Assembly: GCF_009914755.1 (NCBI RefSeq) | Contig: NC_060947.1 | Length of the DNA stretch: 64,000 nucleotides | Origin: the human T2T-CHM13v2.0 reference genome, Homo sapiens | Strand: one strand, 5' to 3' | Shown: piece after piece, positions 28,901 through 62,350 of the stretch | Position numbering within the stretch: position 1 is the stretch's first letter | Layout of the letters: the number at the start of each line of letters is the position of its first letter | Translations under genes and position numbers: made by a program | Notes under the pieces: generated by a model | What the model was told of the DNA's origin: nothing | What the model saw: the letters and a program-made list of their open reading frames with translations, nothing else | The model's database searches: none

Positions 28901-30001
28901 CAGGCAATAACAAATGCTGGTGAGTAGGTGGAGGAAACAGAACTCTTGTACACTGTTGGTGGGAATGTAAATTAGTACAACCACTATAAAGAACACTTTG
29001 GAGGTTCCTCAAAAAACTAAAAGTAGAGCTACCATATAATCTAGCAATCTCACTGCTATATATATACCCCAAAGAAAGGAATTCAGTATATTGAAGAGGT
29101 ATCTGCATTCCCATGTTTGCTGCAGTACTGCTCACAATAGCCAAGATTTGGAAGCAACCTAAGTGTCCATCAACAAATGAATAGATAAAGAAAATGTGGT
29201 ACATATACACAATGGAGTACTACTCAGCCATAGAAAAGAATGGCATCCTGTCATTTGCAACAACATGGATGGAACTGGAGGTCATTATGTTAAGTGAAAT
29301 AAGCCAGGCACAGAAACAAACTTTCCATGCTCTCACTTATTTGTTGGAGCTAAAAATTAAAACAATTGAACTCATGAAAATAGAGACCAGAATGATGGTT
29401 ACTAGAGTCTGGGACAGGTAGTGGGAGGTTGGGGGAAATGGGGATAGTGAATGGGTACAAAAAATACAGTTCAATAGAATGAAAAAGAGCTGGTGTCTGG
29501 TAGCACAGCAGTGTGACTACAGTCAACAATAACTTATTGCACATTTAGAAATAACTAAAAGAATATAATTGGAGTGTCACACAAAGAAATGATAAATGCT
29601 TGAGATGAGAGATACTCCATTTTCCCTGAGATGTGTTTATTACACATTGTATGCCTGTATTAAACTATCTCCTGTATCCCACAGATATATACATCTACTA
29701 TGTACCCATAAATATTAAATACAAAAAAATACAATAAAATTGTCAAACTCATAGAATGAAAGAGTAAAGTGGTGATTCTTAGGGGCTGGGGGACTGGGAA
29801 ATGTGCAGTTGTTTTTAATTTGTATAAAGTTTCAGTACTCAAGATGATTAATATCTACAAATATGCTGTACAATATTGTGCCTTTAGTTAACAATACTGC
29901 ATTGTACAACTAAATATTTGTTGAAAGGGTTGATCTCATGTTAAGTGTTCTTACCACGATTAATAAAATAAAATAAAATGAAATAAAATAAAATAAAATA
30001 A
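19990..30001 (+). mobile_element. Host L1MA9/MB-type element (19990-22211 plus 29736-30001) with (AAAAT)n tail, split by a younger L1
   Basis: ORF2 remnants (ORF 20834..21076 [13 protein letters not shown]; 21955..22149). The 3'UTR resumes at 29736 after a duplicated aaaat..tcaaactca. Confidence 0.85.
22212..29735 (+). mobile_element. Full-length (~7.5 kb) decayed L1MA1-3-type element: 5'UTR with internal repeats, ORF1, ORF2, 3'UTR
   Basis: 5' gggaggtggaataagatggcc; ORF1 remnant ~24260-25180; ORF2 start (SIMTLNVNGLNSLIKRHR) ~25690; RT (GPDGFTAELYQTF, MIISIDAEQAFDK); 16-bp TSD with 2 mismatches. Confidence 0.92.
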
Positions 30002-30002
30002 G

Positions 30003-31175
30003 CTGAGTGAACCCTAAAGAGGATAAACACAAAAAAGTCCAAGCCCAGACATATTATATTCAAACTGCTTATAACTAAATACAGAGAAAAATTTGAAACT
30101 GCAATTTTAAAAATGCCATTTACAATAGCTCCTAAAACTGAAAATGTTTGGTACAAACCTAACAAAGCATGCACAGAATGTATATACTGAAAATGACAAA
30201 ACACTGATGAAACAAATCCAAGAAGACCTAAACAAATGGACATACTGTGTTCATGAATAGAAGAATCATTATAGTAATGATGTCAATTCTCCCTCAAAGA
30301 GATCTATAGATTAACACAATATCAACCAAAATCCCAGCAGAAATTTGTATATAGACATGCTAATATTCAAATTTACATGTAAAGACACAAGAACTAGAAT
30401 AGCTCATTACATTTTGACAAAAACAAAGAGGAATCACACTACTTAATTTTAGAAGTTACTATAAAGCTAAAGTAATCAAGTCAGAGCAGTGTTTGTAAAG
30501 GGATAGATACACAAGTCCACAAGTCAATGGAACCTAAACAATAGGACAGATATGCACCTACATGAATATGGCCATTTGATATTTTTACAAAGATACACAG
30601 GCAATTCAGTGGAGAAAAGGTTGTCTTTTGAACAAATATTGCTGGAACCTTTGAAAATGAACCTTAACCTGAATTTCACACCTTATATAAAGACCAACTC
30701 AAAATAATTAATATATGTAAATGCAAAAACTAAAATGTTAAACTTTTAGGGGAAAAAAAACCTTAAAACTGACACCAAAGCACAACACATGCAAGAAAAA
30801 AAAATGACAAATTTGACTTCATCAAATTTGAAAACATTTTTTCTGCCCAAGGCACTGTAAAGTGAATGAAAAGACCCAGTAATGATGTACAGAAAATATT
30901 TTCAAATCACGTATCTGATAAAGGACTAGTATCCAGAAAACGTATTTTTTTTAAACTCTGAAAACTCAATAGTAAGGAAACAACCACATTAAAAGATGGG
31001 CAAAGAACTTAAATGGACGCTTCATCAGAGAAGTTACGGCAAATAAGGACACAAACAGGTGTTAATTATTAGCTATTAGACAAATTATTAGCTGTCAGAC
31101 AATGAGATATCACTATACAACTATCTGATCAGCTGAAATAAAGAATAATGACAATACCAAATGTTGTCAATGATA
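30003..31175 (+). mobile_element. Old L1M fragments (short ORF1 piece joined to ORF2 3' part)
   Basis: aagcccagacatattatattcaaactg (ORF1-like); aaaacactgatgaaacaaatccaagaagacctaaacaaatgg (ORF2). Confidence 0.7.
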
Positions 31176-31229
31176 AAATTATTACAGGGTTCAGGTGATG
31201 ACGGCCTGAACTCCTTAATAAACTTTTTC

Positions 31230-31950
31230 ATCTCATATTTCACCCACTGATGATCCTTGCCTGGATCTGTTACATCATTGGAGGTTGTAAAATAGTGATT
31301 TTCTACATTTATTTCTGGATTTTTTCCTACATTTACTAACTGTATTTCTTGCAAAAAGAACTTTCTCTTATCAAACTAGGGCTTTCTTGTTGTTCTGAAA
31401 GTTTGTACAAAAAAAGCAGAATAAGATACTGATTTTTTTTTTCTTTTGACTGCTAATTGTCAGAATAAGGAGTCAATGTTCTATTTACCTTAAATGGTAT
31501 TCAATGAGGTTTCATTCTTTGGGAGTAGGGGGATCCCTCTCTATCGGTATCATTAATCAACTCATGAATTTTTATATAGTCAATGTGTTTTCATCATTCA
31601 AAGTTACTATTATTGTTTGACGCTCCTATGTACTTTTTTTTTTTTTGTATTTTTAATAGAGACGGGGTTTCACCGTGTTAGCCAGGATGGTCTCGATCTC
31701 CTGACCTCGTGATCCGCCCGCCTCGGCCTCCCAAAGTGCTGGGATTACAGGCGTGAGCCACCGCACCTGGCCTCCTGTGTACTTTTGACATTAGACTTTG
31801 ATGGTACCCCTGCTCTCTGACACAATATGTCACAATCTCATCTTATTTGTTTTTTTTTATCTCAAACTTGGAATTAGCTATTCCCCCCAAGGAGTCCTGG
31901 TACCTTTTACGTGGGATAGTATTTACAGACTTTTTGAGTGTCATTTTGTA
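31230..31950 (-). mobile_element. Old L1M (MC/ME) 3' UTR fragment hosting the Alu monomer
   Basis: cactgatgatccttgcctggatctgttacatcattggaggttgtaaaatagtgattttct; aaggagtcctggtaccttt. Confidence 0.55.
31634..31772 (-). mobile_element. AluY/Sc-type left monomer only, with TSD
   Basis: Reverse complement runs GGCCAGGTGCGGTGGCTCACGCC...TAAAAATACAAAAAAAA; flanks tcctatgtactttt / tcctgtgtactttt. Confidence 0.92.
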
Positions 31951-32072
31951 TTTTTTATTAGACTATTTTAAAGGAAAAATTGTACTCCCAATGTTCATTT
32001 AAATTATGGTAGTTTTATTATAATGTTACTTAAATATGAACAACAGTAGAGCCATATATATATGAATGCTTT

Positions 32073-32311
32073 ATTTGGGTACACATGGACATAAAGATGG
32101 ATACAGACACTGAGGACTACTGGAGAGGAGAGAGAAGGAGGGCGGGCAAGTGCTAAAAAACTACCTGTTGGGTACTATGTTCACTACCTGAGTGATGGGA
32201 TCATTCATACACCAAACTTCAGCATCACTCAATATACCCAGTTAACAAGCCTCCACATGTATCTCCTGAATGTAAAACAAAAGTTGAAATTTTAAAATAA
32301 AATAGAAAAAA
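32073..32311 (+). mobile_element. 5'-truncated L1PB/MA 3' end with 11-bp TSD
   Basis: gggtacacatggacataaagatgg...aaaagttgaaatt; atgaatgcttt at 32062 and 32312. Confidence 0.85.
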
Positions 32312-33224
32312 ATGAATGCTTTGGGCTTATGATGCCTATATAATTATAAATACAATACTATTTTCCAAAATAGCATAAACAGCCAGCTCTAACAGTTTTT
32401 TTTCCCATTTATTAGTCAGTTTCTTCCTTTAAATAAGTATTGGCCAAATATCTAAAGGACATATGTTGAATGGTCTCCCCATTGTTCCCTAGCCAGGATT
32501 ACCAAAACTCTCTTTTTGTACTTGTCTGGGTGTTATCCTAGACTTCTAGTGGAAACTGATAGCAATGTTTAAGCAGGGGAGTAAGATAATCAGTTTTGTT
32601 TGTTTTGTTATGCAAGTGAATTCAGTGATGATGTAGACTCTACACTGTAAAAGATATCAAGTGGAGCAGAGAAATAAGTCAGGAGACTATTACTACTGTC
32701 CCATTGGTGAGGGCCTCAACTGAAGTGAAAATGGAATGGGGAGAATCGATTTGATATATTTTTCTGATTTTGTCATTTTTGATTTGGGAATTTGGTGAGT
32801 AAATGGACACAGAGGAACTAGTTAGCAAGGGGTTGCAATAATCCAGTTAAGAAGGCATGTGAACCTGAACAAGGTAATGATGTTAGGTAAAAGGGGGATT
32901 AATTCCACGGATATTAAAGAGGAAGAATTCTCAGGATATTTTCATTGACTAGATGTTTGGAGAAAGAGGGAAGAGCAGGATGGCCTTCAGGTTTTAAAAA
33001 TTATCTCCCACAGTGTACCATTCACAAAGGTGATTGATGTAAAAACCCCACATCTTTCTCAGCTTTCTTCTTTGAGTGTCCTGTTGGAATTGCCATGGGA
33101 CAAGACCATAAGTAGTATTTGCCAGACTATCCAACATAGAAAAATGTCATGTATGAGGACACACTCATAAAAATATCTTTCTTCTTCTAGAATGGAAAAT
33201 AAAAGCTTAAGTAAATGAAACCTA

Positions 33225-33866
33225 CAGAGGTGGGCAAACTATGGCCCACAAGCCAAATCTGGACTGCTGCCTGTTATTCTATGGCCTATGACTAAGAGTG
33301 ATTTTTACATTTTTAATTGTTGAAAAAATTCAAAGAAGAATAATTTTTCACTGCGCATTAAGATGAAATAAAATTCAAATGTCAGCGTTCATAAATAAAG
33401 TTCTACTGGAACACAGCCATGCTCACTTATCTCTCCCTGGAACTCAAAAGTAAGGAAAACAAATATTTTACCATCATTACACATGCACATACACACACAC
33501 ATCACATGCGCGCACACGAGCATGCTCCTTCTCTGTGCCCACTGTGTACGGGCTTTGCAGAAATTGCATTTCTTGCAGAGAAACTTTGAACCTCACAATG
33601 GAAGGTAATTTACCAATCTCTTATCTATCTATTTATCATACTTCACGTTTTAGTAATAACTGAATTTCACCCTTTTCAAGCTTGGAAATTATATCTCCTC
33701 ATTCTGCTGAACGTGTCTATGGCCACTTTGGGGCTACAATGGCAGAGGAGAGTAGTTGTGACAGAGACGCTATAGCCTTCAAAAAATATTTTGCTTACTA
33801 CTATTTATTTACAAAAATAAAATATTTACTATCCGGCCCTTCATAGGGAAAGTTTGCCGACTCCTG
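33225..33866 (+). mobile_element. MER58 (hAT-Charlie) DNA transposon with a ~280-bp internal insert
   Basis: TIR-like ends cagaggtgggcaaact / agtttgccgactcctg; internal ggaacacagccatgctcac and aatatttactatccggccctt. Confidence 0.8.
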
Positions 33867-34436
33867 GTCTACTATGAGCCAGGTACTGTGCTAGGACTTT
33901 CACATCTTCTATAATTCTATCAAAAACTTTAGTGGTATATTAGGTTATAGAGACCTGAAGAATGTATCTAGAATCTAGAATAATAACATGCTTTATTTGT
34001 AAATATTCAAATGATTTGCAAAGATAAAGAGTTACTTTCTTTAGGATCCTATCCTTTCCCTGCTTAAACACTGTTATTGATTCCAAATGCTTATAGAATT
34101 AAAGCTAAAATAGGCAAAACATAAGACTCTTTGCTTACGCAATCTAGTCCCCACCTACCTTTCATCACATCTCATCACTCTTTTCCCCATCCCTCACCCA
34201 ATGAATTTCTCACTGTCCTCCCACTTTTTGCAGACAGAAGCTGAAAGTGACACATTCATGAGATATTTAGTGTCCACTTCATTGAGGTCCCTTGTTCACC
34301 TTTTCCTTTCTATACCTTTCTTCACTCTCCTTCACTTTCTTCATCGAATTGTCTACCATTACAAAATAGAAAAGAAATGAAGGGAGGGAGGAAGGGAAAC
34401 TGCAACACACACAGGTTTTATTGGGGTGAGGCATAC

Positions 34437-34630
34437 CTCTTATTACTCTGGTCAGTCTAATTTGTCAAATCCTCGAGGGTAGGGCCGATACATTTTTTTT
34501 TTAACGTCGTCCAACATCTATTAGAGGTTCAGTCATTGATTATCCTCCTCCCTTTCTTCGTTTCCCTTGGGAAACCTGGAAAACAGAAAATCTTCCCACA
34601 GAAACTCCTCAGGGGCGCGCCGAGATCTGG
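34437..34630 (-). other. Candidate first (non-coding) exon of a divergent transcript, probably the distal 5'UTR exon of SATL1
   Basis: Minus-strand donor GAG|GTATGC at 34437/34436, directly beside the CpG island. The SATL1 assignment is recalled gene order (SATL1 divergent from ZNF711); the TSS is approximate. Confidence 0.4.
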
Positions 34631-34659
34631 GCTTGCGCACTTGGACTTGGCCGGCGCTC

Positions 34660-34865
34660 AGCCCCCGCCTCAAGCCGGCGGGGTCTCGCACTAACCTAGC
34701 GCGGGCGCCTCGATCACCCGCGCGCGCGCGTGCGCGAGACCCCCCTTTGGCCCCCTACCCTGCAGCAAGGGTAGCGTGACGTAATGCAACCTCAGCATGT
34801 CAGCAGCAATATAAAGGAGAATGAGGCGGCGCGCCTCCCAGACGCAGAGTAGATTGTGATTGGCT
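34660..34865 (+). promoter_or_regulatory. ZNF711: Core promoter: GC box (~34662), NRF1-like GCGCGTGCGC (34726), CRE-like TGACGTAA (34777), TATAAAG (34810), likely TSS ~34840, reverse CCAAT (34859)
   Basis: Motifs read directly; the TATA lies 30 nt upstream of a CA initiator. Confidence 0.7.
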
Positions 34866-34975
34866 CGGGCTGCGGAACCTCGGAAACCCGAATGTGAGGA
34901 CCTTAAGGGATCCACAGCTGCCGCCCCCCGCAGCCATCCAGAGCGCGGTCACAGTCCGACTGGCGGCACGGAGGC

Positions 34976-35006
<31 letters not shown>

Positions 35007-35040
35007 GCAGCGGCGGCGGCAGCTGTAGCTGCAGCAGCAG
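34840..35040 (+). other. ZNF711: ZNF711 exon 1 (5'UTR)
   Basis: Follows the TATA box; ends at the strong donor CAG|GTAAGG (35040/35041). Start is approximate. Confidence 0.8.
34974..35039 (+). repeat. Interrupted trinucleotide repeat (GCG)7 GCA (GCG)3 GCA (GCG)3 GCA GCT GTA GCT (GCA)3
   Basis: Read directly. Confidence 0.97.
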
Positions 35041-36751
35041 GTAAGGAGACTCCTGACGAGAAACTAGAGGGACGTGGATCCACCGCGTTCAGTGTTTCTT
35101 GTCTGAGGGGAGGAGAGGCTCACACCCAGCGTGTAGCGTAGGGCGAAGGGAACAATGGAAGTGGCGTCCAGTCCCTGAGCTTTCCTCCCGCCTCGGGCGG
35201 AGTTTTCCTCTTCAGCCGCAGCCGGGGGCTGGAGGAATTGAGGGAAGTAAGGGTTTTCCCCCTTAGCCAACCTCCTCTTTCCCTAGGCCAGAGCCCCAGG
35301 GAGCTAGAGCCGTCGTTGAGACCGTCGGTGGTTTAGGGTGACGGTAAAATGGCGGAAAACAAAACGGTGAAGTGAAGAATGCAGCGTCCCCCTGGCAGTT
35401 TCTCTCAGCTCTCCCTCCACCCCATATTCTTTTCACTGGCGCCCCAGTCGCCTCGCCCCCGCCCCCTGACCGAGCTAATAGTAACCTTTGGAATGCGCGA
35501 GGGATGGCGGCGTGTGCGAGGAAGTGGCACCGAATCGGCATTTTAGGGGATTGGGAGCCGTCAGAGCCTGGGAGTTGGGGGGAGGGGGGGGGCGTGTGCG
35601 ACAACTGTCGCCTACACTAAAACACCACCATTTTGGTTCCCAACCGTCTCCCACGTAGCGGGGCAGAGGAAGCTGGAGGAGGCTGAGGGGCTGGGCAGCA
35701 CGGCGTGGGTAGCAGCGGTGGCGACCGCTGCACCAAGTGAGAGGAGGGAGGAGGGGAAAGGGTATTCTTGTCTCATCGGTCTCTTCCTTTCTGCTGCGAA
35801 GGTTCTCTTGTTAGGTTTAAGATCTAGTCAGATGGGTAATACCTCAGAGGGCACGTGTGTGCATTCTGCTCGAAATGATTGAAACTTGGCATGGTCGTGG
35901 GAAAAGGAGACTTATGCGGGAAGAGGGCTGCGTCCAAAGCTGCAATACTGCTACTTGCCAGGGCTCCTTTGTCTCCCATCTCTGCAAATACTACTTTCGC
36001 ATTCTCTTGTTCTGCCGCCTTACCATTTCTCATCTATCCGTCACCCTATTGACATCACTAAGAAGCTAGGTCCTGAATGAGCTATGTTAGAAGAGACAGA
36101 TTTTCTTTTTGTGATTTCTACTCCCCATGCATTAATGGAAAGATGTTTACTTGAGACGTACTTGGTGGGTTATCTCCATTCAATAAGGATGTGAGATACA
36201 CTTAGAGAAGACCAAGAAGCCTAGCTATCTCTAATGGTTATTAAATACTTAACACACTGCTGTTTTCATACCTCATTTATTATTGATTTTATTGAAACTT
36301 CCTATGTGGGGAAAGATACTCCGGTTTATTTATTTGGTATTCACACAGTGTAATACTTTTATAATAGTTGCACTATGTGTTGTAATTTTTACACTTCATT
36401 GAGTGCTAGTGCAGACTTTTCAGTATGGATTTGGCAAGGATAAAGCTTGCCCTTGATTCTCTTTCACTTTCTAAAATAAGGTGGTGTTTGTGATTTTTAA
36501 GATGTGCTTTAGAGAAGATTTTGGTTTAATCAAGTGGTAGCATTCTAAGTATAATAACGTTGCTAATGTAGTGAGTAGTTGTTTTTGTTGGAATCCGTTG
36601 GGTTGCTTTTAACATTACTACAGATTTGAGCATATGAACCCTTCCCAGCCTCACTATGCAAGTTCAGGTGTAAAGAAAAATATTAAGTTGTGTAAGAAAC
36701 TTAGTTTAAAATATTTTAAAGTATCTGATTTTGAATGTATTTTTATAATAG

Positions 36752-36871
36752 GTAAAGAGAGCGTTTTCCCAAAGAAAATAACATAGCACAGAAGGAAAAA
36801 TAAAAAGAAATTGCTGCAGATTTTACTTTATGTGAGAAAATCTACAATTTCTTCGAGACACTCATATAAAG
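36752..36871 (+). other. ZNF711: ZNF711 5'UTR exon 2 (120 nt)
   Basis: Acceptor tttttataatag| and donor AAG|GTGATT. Confidence 0.65.
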
Positions 36872-37778
36872 GTGATTAACAAATTACTTATTGTTTTATC
36901 TTATTTAACAGTTAAATAAAATTAAGTTTTTAAAAACATTTTCAGACATTTGTAGTTGTTCTATTAGTTATGTGGTAAAGAAAGTAATTACTCTAATTAA
37001 AATCCAAATAGTACACTGTTTTAAATGTTAAGAACATGTCCCTTTCAGATTTATTTTGTTAACACACAGGTAGTTTATTGTGAACTCTCTTGGCCTTGGA
37101 CCTCATTTTGCATAATAGCAAAGCAGAAAACAATGGCATTTGAAAAAAGATACACAACTAAGAATTTCTAAAATTGTGAAGTTTGCTCATACATAAAGTA
37201 ATTCTGTCTGAATCGTTTGTTATACAGAAATGTCACCTACTTCTGTAGCATATTTATGTATATACCTGAAATGGTGATAGGGGTTCCTCTGAGACTCTCC
37301 TGCCTCCTGAATACCAATTTAGCCATCCTCCTTTATTTAAGAATATATTAAGTTGTATTACGTGTCACCTTTCTGAAACTTTCATTAAGGTTGCAGCTTT
37401 ATCTGTTGTGCAATATGGTACAATTTATTAAGCAGTCCTACGTGAAAAGGAGATAAGTGCCTTATAAAATTGACAGGTTTTTGTTGATTTACTTAGAATC
37501 TTATGTTTGAAGAGAAAATGCACATATATGTGTCTAAGAAATACATTGAGTGACAGCATCTGACTTTATGTTCCATACTATCAAATGGTCGTAAATATAG
37601 GATAAGTCATTTGAAATGAAATAGATTGAGCCCTTGCTTTCAAAACCACCTTGAAGCTAGCATAATTTTATTAATCACTAATAAAAAGTCAGTTGTACAA
37701 TTACAAGTAAATGAAATGCTGAGATAAATAATTTGCTAAATGTTTGTATGTGATCGATCTTATTTTTACCATATTTAG

Positions 37779-38037
37779 GAAGCAGTCATGTTTCATGAGT
37801 CCTCAAAACTGAGACAAGAGAATGTAGTAGAGTGAGGCCAGAAGTCCTTACTGGTTCAAAGAACTCCGGGGAAACTGGGATAGAACATTTTACATTATAA
37901 GTAGAACCCTGGGAGCCAGAGGTGAATACAAGTTTATCTGCAGAGCTCCGCTGCAGGGCTGATCTGGGTCTGGAAGAAATGGATGAGAGCCAGTGGATGA
38001 AATTCACTAATACTAGACATCTGAGTCCTCTAGTAAT
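37779..38037 (+). other. ZNF711: Candidate alternative 5'UTR exon
   Basis: Acceptor tcttatttttaccatatttag|. Donor is weak: AAT|GTATAA at 38038 or CTA|GTAATG at 38033. Confidence 0.4.
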
Positions 38038-38409
38038 GTATAAATATCCTAACTATTGTTTGTTGTCATCTCGTTCTTCTTTTATAACCTATGTTTTAAC
38101 TGGAACTTTTAGCACTGCAGTTTTGTTGTTTTGCTTTCTTCTACCACTTCCCTATGGCTCATCAGCTTGACTGTGCCTTTGTCTCCATTATTTTTGGTTT
38201 ACTTCCACTTGGCACTTCTTTTATTTATGGTTGTCACATAAAGCATCTAACCATGGTTTTTCTTTGTTTTGCTTTCTTTTGTAATAAGCTTTCCACACTT
38301 GGTTGAAAGGCATATTGTCAATTGCATTTTTTTCTCAAAACAACTAACTTTGGACTAAATATATTAAACTATTTTAAAAGCCATTTCTTTTGCAGATATT
38401 GGTGAATGA

Positions 38410-62350
<23,941 letters not shown>

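Larger units (their letters stand above)
34610..35760. promoter_or_regulatory. ZNF711: CpG island of the ZNF711 promoter and intron 1
   Basis: Dense CpG and high GC against an AT-rich, CpG-depleted background. Confidence 0.92.

Noticed and set aside
20834-30243. Numerous ORFs on both strands
   Set aside because: Frameshifted L1 ORF1/ORF2 remnants or their antisense reads; no intact L1 ORF.
34860-35141. 93-aa poly-Ala ORF as a ZNF711 N-terminus
   Set aside because: Starts at TTG, reads through the exon 1 donor, and after splicing stops in exon 2; treated only as a uORF candidate.
35064-36080. Several ORFs in intron 1
   Set aside because: Expected in GC-rich DNA; no recognisable protein or consistent splice structure.
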